Positions 48,071-57,454 of a stretch of 64,000 nucleotides of DNA are shown here, one piece after another. This DNA comes from an uncultured Paludibacter sp. (GTDB lineage: Bacteria; Bacteroidota; Bacteroidia; Bacteroidales; Paludibacteraceae), in NCBI GenBank assembly GCA_964498765.1, contig CAZCIU010000006.1:8110-72109 (forward strand), given 5' to 3'. Under the pieces are notes generated by a model. That model worked only from the letters and a program-made list of their open reading frames with translations. It was not told the DNA's origin and did not search any database. The translations under genes and the position numbers were made by a program. The first letter of the stretch is position 1. Each line of letters begins with the position of its first letter.

Positions 48071-49447
48071 TTATTTTATTTCTTTTTTCATTATTTCCAG
48101 CGCCAATTCGGGATAAACCGCGCTGAGCAAGCCCATAGAGGCAAAGATATATTTTTTATCGATTAAATAATCGGGATTTTTAGGTTTGGCGTACACAAAA
48201 TCACCGGCTTGAAGTTTGGCACCTTCCAAAATGTTTTGCGGATTTTCAGCATTTATAATTGCTCCTCCAATTCCAATAATGAACGGCACGGCCGACAAAT
48301 CTTTTCCGTTTAGCGAGAATACTTGTCCGAAAGGTGTGTAAGCCGGTTGATAGATGCCAGCGTGACGTTCCACGGCAATTTTCACGGCACTTCGAGCCAA
48401 TGCTTCTTCCACTTTTTGTTCAACGGAATTTGGATTTGCCAAGGTATCAGGATTGTTACAGCAAGCTTTTACCCAATCAGAAATTTCTGACGATTGAACG
48501 CCTATTTCCTCCGAAAGAACATCTAAATCCAGTTCATCTGCCAACGATGAAAGGCTGTAACGCATTCCCAAATCGCCTTCCACGGTGCGTTTACTCACAG
48601 GTTCGGGTAAACCTTTAATAATGACATTTTCCAAGGTAGGTTTTCCGTCGGAAATGGAATAAACATCCGTTGTGGCACCTCCGATATCCACCGCAAGCAA
48701 ATCGCCAATTCCATCGGCCGATTTTGTTCCTTTGCTCAGTAATTCGCAGGCATTAAGTACTGCCAACGGCGTAGGAATAATGTCTGTTTTGCACATTTGC
48801 TGAATGCGGTTCAATCCTTTTGCTTCGATGATGCGGCTGATAAAGAGTTCTTTGATTTTTTGCTTGGCGGGAGCGATGTTGAGTTTGTTGAACTCGGGCA
48901 TCACGTTTTCCGTAATTTCGAATGATTTTCCCGATGCTTCAAAAATCTCTTTCAGTTCAAACGAAGCACTTTTATTTCCGGCGGCAATTATCGTAAACGG
49001 ACGATCAATTTGACATAATCGACGTGCATTGGCAAGGATAACTTCTTTGTTTCCACCGTCAGTTCCTCCGCTCAGCAGTACCAAGTCAGGATTTATTTTA
49101 AAAATTTCTGTCTGTTCAGCTTCCGATATTTCGAAGGAATAGGTTTTCACCACTTTGGCTCCGGCGCTGGCAGCAGCTAATTTCGCCGCTTTGGCGGTGA
49201 GCTCGGGAACCAGTCCCAATGCTACCATCTTCAAGCCGCCAGCTGCACTGCTGCAACACAGCAACTCATCATAATTAAACTTCCCGATTTGCTGCTCCAA
49301 CTTGGAATAGGCAGCCATAAATCCCTCTACCACATCGGTTTCGATGGTGGTAAAAGCGGCAGAAGTTGCAAGAATTTTCTTTGCAACAGTGTCAATAGCC
49401 GTCAATTTGGTGTAGGTGCTTCCTATATCAGCTGTGAGAATGTTCAT
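48071..49447 (-). CDS. glmL: Glutamate mutase accessory/reactivase protein GlmL (MutL)
   Basis: 458 aa. ASKHA-type ATPase motifs (DIGSTYTK, DIGGATTD). The gene lies between glmS and glmE. Confidence 0.85.
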   Translation of the reverse strand: MNILTADIGSTYTKLTAIDTVAKKILATSAAFTTIETDVVEGFMAAYSKLEQQIGKFNYDELLCCSSAAGGLKMVALGLVPELTAKAAKLAAASAGAKVVKTYSFEISEAEQTEIFKINPDLVLLSGGTDGGNKEVILANARRLCQIDRPFTIIAAGNKSASFELKEIFEASGKSFEITENVMPEFNKLNIAPAKQKIKELFISRIIEAKGLNRIQQMCKTDIIPTPLAVLNACELLSKGTKSADGIGDLLAVDIGGATTDVYSISDGKPTLENVIIKGLPEPVSKRTVEGDLGMRYSLSSLADELDLDVLSEEIGVQSSEISDWVKACCNNPDTLANPNSVEQKVEEALARSAVKIAVERHAGIYQPAYTPFGQVFSLNGKDLSAVPFIIGIGGAIINAENPQNILEGAKLQAGDFVYAKPKNPDYLIDKKYIFASMGLLSAVYPELALEIMKKEIK

Positions 49448-49486
49448 TTTGATACTTTGCGGTTTCCGAAAGAAAGTGCGAATAAA

Positions 49487-49897
49487 TTATAAACCAAGAA
49501 TTTCTTCCAAATCGGCAATACTGGTTTCAACGGCAGTTCCTGGAGGATAAACGCGGGTGAAGCCCATATCGAGGAACCGTTTTTCAACGTCTTCGAAGTT
49601 TTGTTTTCCCACAACAAGGTTGCCGCCTGCCAAAAGAGGGATGTTTTTAAGTCCGGCTTCATCGCATTTTTCGCGCAGTCCGCTGCAATCGATTTCTCCG
49701 TGACCGTAGAGCGATGATACCAAAATGGCGTCCGCGTTTGTTTCAATGGCAGCTTCAATGTATTCTTCCTGCGCTACCATTACGCCTAAATTGATTACCT
49801 TAAATCCAGCTTGCTCCAAAGCATAAGCGAGAATTTTATTTCCCACCGCGTGAACATCGGCACCAATTACGCCGGTTACAATTGTTTTTCCGTTCAT
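49487..49897 (-). CDS. glmS: Glutamate mutase sigma (B12-binding) subunit
   Basis: 136 aa. Base-off/His-on motif DxHxxG as ADVHAVGN. Confidence 0.9.
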   Translation of the reverse strand: MNGKTIVTGVIGADVHAVGNKILAYALEQAGFKVINLGVMVAQEEYIEAAIETNADAILVSSLYGHGEIDCSGLREKCDEAGLKNIPLLAGGNLVVGKQNFEDVEKRFLDMGFTRVYPPGTAVETSIADLEEILGL

Positions 49898-49919
49898 ATA
49901 GCATTATCATTAATTGTCG

Positions 49920-49927
49920 TACAAATT
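49920..49927 (-). promoter_or_regulatory. Candidate -7 promoter box TAAATTTG for the glm operon
   Basis: The reverse complement of CAAATTTA matches TAnnTTTG, 23 nt upstream of the glmS ATG. Confidence 0.3.
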
Positions 49928-49990
49928 TAGGAAGATTAACCTCAATAAAAAAATAAAATGACAGATAAATCCCTTGTTTTTCGAAAATAT

Positions 49991-50005
49991 TTGACATTTT
50001 GTCAA
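49991..50005. promoter_or_regulatory. Perfect palindrome TTGACA-TTT-TGTCAA, candidate operator
   Basis: Read directly, about 95 nt upstream of glmS. Confidence 0.35.
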
Positions 50006-50140
50006 TTTGAAAACATCAATTTTTAATATGTAAATTATTGCTCTGTTTTTCGAACAAAAACTAAATAATACCGTGCAATATCAACTAATTTAATAGTCGT
50101 TAGAATTAATCATTCGGGATTTTTTTAGAAGGGAATTGTT

Positions 50141-50180
50141 ACAACAAAAAAACAGAGAAAATCTTATACGTTTTCTCTGG
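50141..50180 (-). terminator. Rho-independent terminator overlapping the acyltransferase stop codon
   Basis: Minus strand: CAGAGAAAAC-GTATAAGA-TTTTCTCTG followed by TTTTTTT. Confidence 0.7.
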
Positions 50181-51537
50181 TTTTTGTATTTATTCGATGA
50201 ACAATCCGGTTTCGCACATCAATAAGTTTATAAAGCATGCTCGATTGCTCTAATTTGGCAACCAATAAACTGTTGAAACGAAGCTTGTGAATGTATTTAA
50301 TCAGATTGGAATACCATTTTAAGGCAAAACTTCTGCTGAAAAATTGCAGTAAAATGAAAATTAACGTCATTCCCCAATTTGGAGAAATCGTATTGTTGAA
50401 AATAACTGCTTGGATCAAGTAAAAAATCGGAAACAAGAAAATACCCAAAGCATAATGAATGGAGCTGTGGAAGCCTTCATATTCTACGGTAATCAATTTT
50501 CTAATCCAGACAGGCAGAAAAGTGGGGAGTGCATTTGTGATAAATCCGAAAAGGAAAACCGGAAATGTAATTAATAGCGAAATAAATCGTGCGAAGCTTG
50601 TATCTTCTGATTTTGATTGATTGAAAATGGATGTTTTGAAATGCAGTTTTTTTAGCAAACTATTGTAGCTTTCGCTCAATCTGCTTAGCTCCTGCATCAA
50701 TTCCGGGTCATTTTTCTCAATCTCAATTAATTTCTTAGCAGTTTCTTGCTTCAGTTTGAAGCGTTCAAAATTATGATCTTTCTGCTTGTCCTCTCCAATG
50801 TATTCTTCAGCAACAGTTTCAGTGATTGTTTCAAAAGCATCGTAATATTCCGAAGTCGCCAAATCTCGCGTCAAATTAGACAATCTGCTTCTGAGTTCTT
50901 CCTTGATTTCATTGACTGCAATAGGAGCATTTTCGTTAAATTGCTCCATATAATCCTGGATTTCAATTGGTTTGCCGATATTGGTAATCAGCGTTTTCCC
51001 GGATTTTACAAGGTCAGACATATCAATTCCGAATGGAATGATTTTCACTTTCCTTTCGTCGCCAAACTCTTTCTGAGCCTCAAAAGCAATTCTGAAAATC
51101 CCTTTTACCAAGGGTCTGATTTTGCGTTCTTCGCCTTGTCCGCCTTCAGGCATGATGCAAATTGCATGTCCAAAGCGCAAAACATTGATGGCGTCATAGA
51201 ACGTTTTATTGTTTTTTTCCAGATTTTCAAAGCCATCACGCATGCGGAATGCAGGCATTATTTTCGCAAAATTCATCAGTTTTGCAACCTTTTTATTCGC
51301 AAAGAAATCTGCTCGAGCCAGATAAACCACTGCTTTTCTGTGCGGCATAATGGATGAAACTGCCAGCGCGTCCATCAATGCGTTCAGGTGATTGGGTGCA
51401 AAAATAACGGCTGAATTGTCTGTGGGTAGGTTTTCTTTTCCTTTGATAATAATCTCACCGTAGAATCTCCGAAAGCAGAAAAGCATATACTCTCTTGCCA
51501 AAGTATATGAAAAAGTATATTCGAAGATTTTTCCCAT
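50164..51537 (-). CDS. PlsC-family acyltransferase (lysophospholipid/glycerol-3-phosphate acyltransferase-like) with a C-terminal multi-TM extension
   Basis: HX4D motif NHLNALMD and PEGG motif (IMPEGGQGE). The track's start at 51642 is a TTG. The first ATG (51537, MGKIFEYTF) gives 457 aa. Confidence 0.75.
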   Translation of the reverse strand: MGKIFEYTFSYTLAREYMLFCFRRFYGEIIIKGKENLPTDNSAVIFAPNHLNALMDALAVSSIMPHRKAVVYLARADFFANKKVAKLMNFAKIMPAFRMRDGFENLEKNNKTFYDAINVLRFGHAICIMPEGGQGEERKIRPLVKGIFRIAFEAQKEFGDERKVKIIPFGIDMSDLVKSGKTLITNIGKPIEIQDYMEQFNENAPIAVNEIKEELRSRLSNLTRDLATSEYYDAFETITETVAEEYIGEDKQKDHNFERFKLKQETAKKLIEIEKNDPELMQELSRLSESYNSLLKKLHFKTSIFNQSKSEDTSFARFISLLITFPVFLFGFITNALPTFLPVWIRKLITVEYEGFHSSIHYALGIFLFPIFYLIQAVIFNNTISPNWGMTLIFILLQFFSRSFALKWYSNLIKYIHKLRFNSLLVAKLEQSSMLYKLIDVRNRIVHRINTKTRENV

Positions 51538-51679
51538 TTTGTGTGATGTTTGTGCAAATTTAGCAAAAAAATCAGTTTCGAGGAAGATTTCCACGAGAGA
51601 ATTCTCGGAAGTTTCGTTTTTTGAACTCTTTCTAAAAGTCAATTAGTAAAAATTTCATACCTTTGAAATCTAAATTTTC

Positions 51680-52846
51680 ATGCGTATGAACAATAGAAAA
51701 ATAGCTTTCACAACTGTATTTGTTGGGATTTTCCTTTTTGGAGTTTCCATGGTGATGATTGGCTCAGCATTGCCGATGCTGAAAGAGAAGTTTGGTATGA
51801 GCGAAATTGAAGCCGGTGGATTGTTCTCCATTCTCCCAATTGGGTTGTTGATTGGCTCAGTTACTTTCGGCCCAATTGCCGATAAATACGGCTATCGCTG
51901 GGTTTTGTCGCTCGCCGCACTGTTTCTATCTTTAGGTTTTTTTGGAATTGCACATGCTGCTTCTGTCAATTTGCTTCGTATCTGTATTTTGTTTTTTGGA
52001 ATAGGTGGTGGAGTAATTAATGGTGCTTCCAGTGCATTGGTTTCCGATTTAAGCGAAGCCAAAAACAAAATACTAAACTTGAATTGGTTGGGCGCATTTT
52101 TTGGATTGGGTGCATTTTGTATGCCGTTTGCATTAAGTGTAATCGATAAATCGCATTATTCTACTGTGATTGACATTGCAAGTGTACTGAGCTTGTTGGT
52201 TGCCGTGCTATTTGCTATCATTTCTTATCCGGTAATGGTGCAAAAGGATAAAATTTCATTTCGACTGGTTCCGATTTTTCTGAAAAACAAGCTTTTTATG
52301 GCGATATGTTTCTTCTTGTTTTTTCAGTCCGCATTCGAGGCTTTGGTCAATAATTGGTCAGTATCCTATTTTATAAATTCGAATAATTTTACACAAGAAA
52401 ATGCGCTTTTGGCTCTATCATTTTCGGTTTTGGGAATGATAGTTATGCGAGTATTGACCGGAAGTGTTTTGAAAAAGATGCAACATTATCACCTAATTAC
52501 TATGGCATTAGTGATGCTAAGTTTAGGTTTTGTTGCTTTGATTACTTCTTCTAATTTTGTGGTAAATTCTGTCGGAATGTTTTTGCTGGGAGCAGGTTTA
52601 GCACCTGGATTTCCGGTTTTGCTTGGATTGGCTGGTGAAATGTTCAAAGAAGTCTCCGCAACCTCATTTAGTTTTGCCATGTTGATTGCGCTTATCGGAA
52701 ATACGATTATCAATTATTCAACCGGACTTCTTACGCAGCGATTTGGGATGCAGGTTTATCCTTATGTGATTTTAGGTGAAATCGTTTTTATGGCTTTCAT
52801 TTTTTTATTAATCAGACGTTTTGAAATAAATAATAAACAAAAATAA
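51680..52846 (+). CDS. MFS transporter
   Basis: 388 aa, about 12 TM helices. GPIADKYGYR loop motif between TM2 and TM3. Confidence 0.8.
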   Translation: MRMNNRKIAFTTVFVGIFLFGVSMVMIGSALPMLKEKFGMSEIEAGGLFSILPIGLLIGSVTFGPIADKYGYRWVLSLAALFLSLGFFGIAHAASVNLLRICILFFGIGGGVINGASSALVSDLSEAKNKILNLNWLGAFFGLGAFCMPFALSVIDKSHYSTVIDIASVLSLLVAVLFAIISYPVMVQKDKISFRLVPIFLKNKLFMAICFFLFFQSAFEALVNNWSVSYFINSNNFTQENALLALSFSVLGMIVMRVLTGSVLKKMQHYHLITMALVMLSLGFVALITSSNFVVNSVGMFLLGAGLAPGFPVLLGLAGEMFKEVSATSFSFAMLIALIGNTIINYSTGLLTQRFGMQVYPYVILGEIVFMAFIFLLIRRFEINNKQK

Positions 52847-52848
52847 CT

Positions 52849-53586
52849 ATGAATAAACTAGGTAAAACATTCATTAAATCGGCACAAGTTCTTATTCTTT
52901 TTGGAATAATTCTGAGTTTTTCGTCGTGTGTGATTTTGAGAAAAAACGTAAGCAAAAAGGAAACAAAAGTAAAGATTGAAACTACTGAAGGTGAGATTAT
53001 TGTAAAACTGTACAATGAAACGCCTTTGCACAGAGACAATTTCGTTAAATTGGTTAAAGAAAAATTCTATGATGGTGTGCTTTTTCATCGTGTGATTGCG
53101 GACTTTATGATTCAGGGTGGCGATCCCGATTCGAAAACTGCTGCAAAAGGTGCTATGCTGGGTAATGGAGATCTTGGTTACACAATTCCGGCAGAAATAA
53201 AAACTCCGACCATTTATCATAAAAAAGGTGCTTTGGCTGCTGCTCGTGAAGGCGATAATGTAAATCCACAGAAAGCATCCTCAGCCTGCCAGTTTTACAT
53301 TGTGGAAGGCCGAACTTTTACGGATGTCCAGCTTGACAATATGCAGGCAGGAAAACTGGCTCGTAGTTCAACAAGTAGCAATGATTCAATCTATAAATTT
53401 AGTGATAAGGCACGCGCAGATTACCAAACAATTGGAGGAACTCCACATTTGGATGGAAATTATACCGTGTTTGGAGAAGTATTGGAAGGTATGGAGGTTG
53501 TTGATAAGATTTCAGTTGTAAAAACCGATAGAAATGACCGACCAGAAAAAGATGTGAAGGTAATTCGGATGCGGATTGTAAGATAA
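52849..53586 (+). CDS. Cyclophilin-type peptidyl-prolyl cis-trans isomerase, exported
   Basis: 245 aa. Lipoprotein-like signal peptide (FSSC). FHRVIADFMIQGGDP and YTVFGEVLEGMEVVDKI are present. Confidence 0.9.
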   Translation: MNKLGKTFIKSAQVLILFGIILSFSSCVILRKNVSKKETKVKIETTEGEIIVKLYNETPLHRDNFVKLVKEKFYDGVLFHRVIADFMIQGGDPDSKTAAKGAMLGNGDLGYTIPAEIKTPTIYHKKGALAAAREGDNVNPQKASSACQFYIVEGRTFTDVQLDNMQAGKLARSSTSSNDSIYKFSDKARADYQTIGGTPHLDGNYTVFGEVLEGMEVVDKISVVKTDRNDRPEKDVKVIRMRIVR

Positions 53587-53599
53587 AAGACAATAAACA

Positions 53600-53634
53600 A
53601 AAAATCAGCAAACTAATGTTTGCTGATTTTTTTA
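53600..53634. terminator. Bidirectional terminator between convergent genes
   Basis: AAAAATCAGCAAAC-TAAT-GTTTGCTGATTTTT. Confidence 0.8.
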
Positions 53635-53646
53635 TGAAGTGATATA

Positions 53647-54612
53647 TTATTTATTCTTGAGGAAATTAATAATTGACTTTCGTTGTTCAAAAATGTAAGA
53701 GGCGAGTAATCCGGCAGCAATTCCGATTAAAAGTCCATAAATAAAAATCTTCATTTTTGAATTAACTGGACCATAAATAGAGAAACCATCCGTTAAGAAA
53801 ACTGGAGTTTTTGCAATATTTAAGAAGCGCTCGTTAATTTCTTTAGTGCCTATTAAGCTTATTACATCTTCGTAAATTAAAGGTTTCTTTTGTTCTCCAA
53901 CAATTAAACTGTTATTGTTAAGATTAAGTGATTTGTTATTTAGGTCTTGAAAATAACTAATATTCGCCAAACTGTCAATTCGTTTAATTTCTGCTTTTGC
54001 AAATTCAACTCTAGCTTCATACCCTTTTCTTCTGGCTTCAAATTCTCTGATAAGCCGTGGGTTCGCGTTGATATAATCTAGCAGTGCCTTTTCTAGTGTT
54101 GCTATTTGATTTGGATTTCTCGTTTCAATCTGAAGATAAATACGATCGGATAAGACAACATTCATCGTATCTGAAAGCGAATGCTGATTCTTAAAGTCAA
54201 CTAAATCAGGCATATCGTCTTTTATATAATCGATGATATTGAAATACTTAATCGCCACAATTTCACTCGTTACACTGTCTGGAATGTTCAATTTTGATGC
54301 TAAAGACAATTCCTTATTATTCATCGGACTAACTTTTAGCTTGTCAATGATGTCTTTAACAATGTGTGAGTTTGAATTACTTACATAAAGCGTGGTTTCT
54401 GCCATGTAAGTTTGCTTGGAATCTTGTGCAAAATAGATTGCGCCGGCAATTCCTAAAGCCAGGCAAAGCAAAAATACTATCCAATGTTTAACAGAAATTT
54501 GCAACAATCTTCCGGTGAAAATGACAATTTTCCGGATCAGATCATAAATCCATTTAAAAACGACATTAATTATTTGAACTAAATTCAATTCTTTCGGGTC
54601 AGTGTTTTCCAT
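53647..54612 (-). CDS. Wzz/polysaccharide-copolymerase-like two-TM membrane protein (hypothetical)
   Basis: 321 aa. N-terminal TM helix (IVFLLCLALGIAGAIYF), a ~230-aa partly coiled-coil loop, and a C-terminal TM helix (IFIYGLLIGIAAGLLASYIF). Confidence 0.4.
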   Translation of the reverse strand: MENTDPKELNLVQIINVVFKWIYDLIRKIVIFTGRLLQISVKHWIVFLLCLALGIAGAIYFAQDSKQTYMAETTLYVSNSNSHIVKDIIDKLKVSPMNNKELSLASKLNIPDSVTSEIVAIKYFNIIDYIKDDMPDLVDFKNQHSLSDTMNVVLSDRIYLQIETRNPNQIATLEKALLDYINANPRLIREFEARRKGYEARVEFAKAEIKRIDSLANISYFQDLNNKSLNLNNNSLIVGEQKKPLIYEDVISLIGTKEINERFLNIAKTPVFLTDGFSIYGPVNSKMKIFIYGLLIGIAAGLLASYIFEQRKSIINFLKNK

Positions 54613-54795
54613 ACCTTAGTGAATTTATTGTTATTTCATTAAAATAAATCAGATTTCGGTTCAAAGTTTGATTATTAAAATCCTTGTTTTTACAAAGTTA
54701 ATCAAATATATTTATTAAAAAACCAAATTATATCTAAATTCTAACGTAATAAATTGAGAATTAGTATTTGTAAGAGATGATTTCAATGAATAAAT

Positions 54796-54834
54796 AAATA
54801 AAAAAGCCAACTAATTTTTTGGAAAAGTTGGCTT
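54796..54834 (-). terminator. Rho-independent terminator after atpG
   Basis: Minus strand: AAGCCAACT-loop-AGTTGGCTT followed by TTTTATTTATTT. Confidence 0.7.
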
Positions 54835-54855
54835 AATATTTCTATGAAAATTTTA

Positions 54856-55728
54856 TTAATTCTGTCCAAATGAACCACCAATAATATCAAGCAACTCGTT
54901 GGTAATAGCTTGCTGACGAGATTTGTTATATTGAAGGTTCAGTTCTTGCAATAAGTCGTCCGCATTATCCGTAGCAATTTGCATAGCAATAGTGCGTGCT
55001 GCGTGTTCCGAAGCAGCCGAATCGAGTAGGGCAGTATATAATTTTAAGCGAATAACTTTCGGAATTAGTTCGCTCATAATGTCAGGTCTGTTCGGTTCTA
55101 CCAAATAATTTTGATGATGTCCGGCGTGACTTTCTGTATCAAGTTTAAGTTTGATTGGCAAGAATGCTTCAGACACCAAAACCTGCGAACTTTTGCTTTT
55201 GAAATGGTGATAAATAAAATCTACACGGTCTATTTCATTTTTTCGGAACATTTCCATCAGCCTGTTAGCCAGAGCTTGCGAGTCTTTGTAGTTGGGTTTG
55301 TCGGCCATTTCCTCAAAGCTTTCTTCTACTTTGAAACCCATTTTCTTCACTGCTTGAGCCACTTTTTTCCCTATTGGGAAAATTAGCACATTCTCTTTTC
55401 CCAATTGATTGTACGCGTCAATCGAACTACTTAACCTTTTGCTTACGTTTGAGTTGAAGCTTCCGCACAAACTTGAATTAGAAGAAAAAGCTACAATTGC
55501 AACACGTTTCACTTCTCGTAGTTCGGCATAGATGGACGTAGTTTCCTCTTCCGCACTCAAGAAATTATTCAAAATATGTGTCAATTTTTGCTCATAAGGA
55601 TAGAAACTTTCAATCTGCTTTTGTGCTTTTCGCAGTTTGGCAGACGAAACCATTTTCATCGCAGATGTGATTTTCTGCGTTGATTTGACGGATTGTATCC
55701 TCGATTTTATTTCTTTTAAAGAAGCCAT
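54856..55728 (-). CDS. atpG: F1 ATP synthase gamma subunit
   Basis: 290 aa. N-terminus MASLKEIKSRIQSVKSTQKITSAMKMVS and C-terminus ITNELLDIIGG. Confidence 0.95.
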   Translation of the reverse strand: MASLKEIKSRIQSVKSTQKITSAMKMVSSAKLRKAQKQIESFYPYEQKLTHILNNFLSAEEETTSIYAELREVKRVAIVAFSSNSSLCGSFNSNVSKRLSSSIDAYNQLGKENVLIFPIGKKVAQAVKKMGFKVEESFEEMADKPNYKDSQALANRLMEMFRKNEIDRVDFIYHHFKSKSSQVLVSEAFLPIKLKLDTESHAGHHQNYLVEPNRPDIMSELIPKVIRLKLYTALLDSAASEHAARTIAMQIATDNADDLLQELNLQYNKSRQQAITNELLDIIGGSFGQN

Positions 55729-55827
55729 TTTTAAGATTTTAGACTAACAGACGATAGACTTTTAGACCATTAGACCTTCAATAACTATAAACATTTAACT
55801 CAAAACTCGATATTCAGAACTAGTAAA
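55729..55827. repeat. atpA-atpG spacer made of degenerate 8-nt periodic repeats (coding strand GGTCTAA/TGGTCTAA/AAGTCTA/TCGTCTG/TTAGTCTAA/AATCTTAA)
   Basis: Read on the minus strand. The whole 99-nt spacer is low-complexity. Confidence 0.7.
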
Positions 55828-57408
55828 CTAAATTCTTTTTGCTACATCTTCTGCTACGCTTTTCAAAATAGCCGTAACATTATCATCAATCACACCTTTT
55901 TTGATTACATCCAGTACGTCTTGTTGGTGCAGCATTTCAAGCGTATTCAAGAATTCTTTCTCAAAATCATCCACTTTATCCACCGAAACTTTTGACAAAA
56001 GACCTTGCGTACCGCAATAAAGCACAGCAACTTGTTTCTCTACCGGCATCGGATTGTGAAGCGGCTGTACAAGTAATTTGGTGTTTTTCTGCCCTTTGTC
56101 AATAGTCATAGCCGTAACCGGATCCATATCGCTGCCGAATTTGGTAAATGCTTCCAACTCACGGAATTGTGCTTGGTCAATTTTTAGCGTTCCAGCCACT
56201 TTTTTCATCGCTTTAATCTGTGCATTTCCACCTACACGAGATACGGAAATACCCACATTCACCGCGGGACGGTTACCTTGGTTGAATAAATCGGTGTCCA
56301 GGAAAATCTGACCATCAGTAATGGATATAACGTTCGTAGGGATGTAAGCAGACACGTCACCTGCTTGAGTTTCAATCATTGGCAAAGCCGTAAGCGAACC
56401 ACCACCTTTTACTTTTCCTTTCAGGCTTTCAGGCAGGTCATTCATTTGCTCGGCAACTTCCTGTTGGTTAATGATTTTTGCCGCTCTTTCAAGTAGGCGA
56501 GAGTGCAGGTAGAAAATATCACCCGGATAAGCCTCACGTCCTGAAGGACGACGCAAAATCAACGAAACCTCACGGTACGCAACCGCTTGTTTTGAAAGGT
56601 CGTCATAAATTACCAATGCGTGGCGACCGGTATCGCGGAAATATTCGCCAATAGCTGCGCCTGCAAAAGGTGCGTAATACTGTAATGCCGCAGGGTCAGA
56701 AGCGTTGGCTGCAACTACAATGGTGTAATCCATCGCGTTGTGTTCACGAAGCGTTTGAACAATATTTGCTACCGTTGAACCTTTTTGTCCGATTGCCACA
56801 TAAATACAATAAACCGGATCGCCTTCGTCAAAGTTGCGGCGTTGGTTGATGATTGTATCTATCGCAATGCTCGTTTTTCCGGTTTGGCGGTCGCCAATGA
56901 TAAGCTCACGCTGTCCACGACCAATTGGTATCATCGCGTCAATGGCTTTCAATCCCGTTTGTAGCGGTTGGTTTACAGGCTGACGGTAAATTACTCCCGG
57001 TGCTTTTCTTTCCAAAGGCATTTCCAGAAGCTCTCCACTCACTTTTCCTCTTCCATCCAATGCTTCACCCAGCGGATTGATAACACGTCCGAGCATGCCT
57101 TCGCCAACAAAAATAGATGCTACGCGTTTGGTACGTTTTACAGTGTCGCCCTCTTTAATTTTACTGGAAGGTCCGAGCAAAACAGCTCCCACGTTGTCTG
57201 CTTCAAGGTTCATCACGATGGCTTGAATTCCATTTTCAAATTCAAGCAATTCGTTGGCTTCAGCATTTTGCAAGCCGTAAATACGAACTACACCATCACT
57301 AACTTGCAGCACAGTTCCTATTTCGTCAAACTGAACTCCGGTGTTAATTCCTTGAAGTTGCAAACGCAAAACTTCGGAAACTTCGCTAACTTTAATTTTA
57401 TCTGACAT
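55828..57408 (-). CDS. atpA: F1 ATP synthase alpha subunit
   Basis: 526 aa. Walker A GDRQTGKT. Confidence 0.95.
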   Translation of the reverse strand: MSDKIKVSEVSEVLRLQLQGINTGVQFDEIGTVLQVSDGVVRIYGLQNAEANELLEFENGIQAIVMNLEADNVGAVLLGPSSKIKEGDTVKRTKRVASIFVGEGMLGRVINPLGEALDGRGKVSGELLEMPLERKAPGVIYRQPVNQPLQTGLKAIDAMIPIGRGQRELIIGDRQTGKTSIAIDTIINQRRNFDEGDPVYCIYVAIGQKGSTVANIVQTLREHNAMDYTIVVAANASDPAALQYYAPFAGAAIGEYFRDTGRHALVIYDDLSKQAVAYREVSLILRRPSGREAYPGDIFYLHSRLLERAAKIINQQEVAEQMNDLPESLKGKVKGGGSLTALPMIETQAGDVSAYIPTNVISITDGQIFLDTDLFNQGNRPAVNVGISVSRVGGNAQIKAMKKVAGTLKIDQAQFRELEAFTKFGSDMDPVTAMTIDKGQKNTKLLVQPLHNPMPVEKQVAVLYCGTQGLLSKVSVDKVDDFEKEFLNTLEMLHQQDVLDVIKKGVIDDNVTAILKSVAEDVAKRI

Positions 57409-57415
57409 ATTCTTT

Positions 57416-57423
57416 CAAAAGTA
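57416..57423 (-). promoter_or_regulatory. Candidate -7 promoter box TACTTTTG directly upstream of atpA
   Basis: The reverse complement of CAAAAGTA matches TAnnTTTG only 8 nt before the atpA ATG. If real, the transcript would be nearly leaderless. Confidence 0.2.
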
Positions 57424-57454
57424 TATATTGTCCTGCGGGACTTAAAATATTCGA

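Noticed and set aside
51538-51642. TTG-initiated 35-codon extension of the acyltransferase
   Set aside because: The track's start codon here is TTG. The first ATG (51537) leaves a reasonable divergent promoter region shared with the MFS gene. The extension is not excluded, only less likely.
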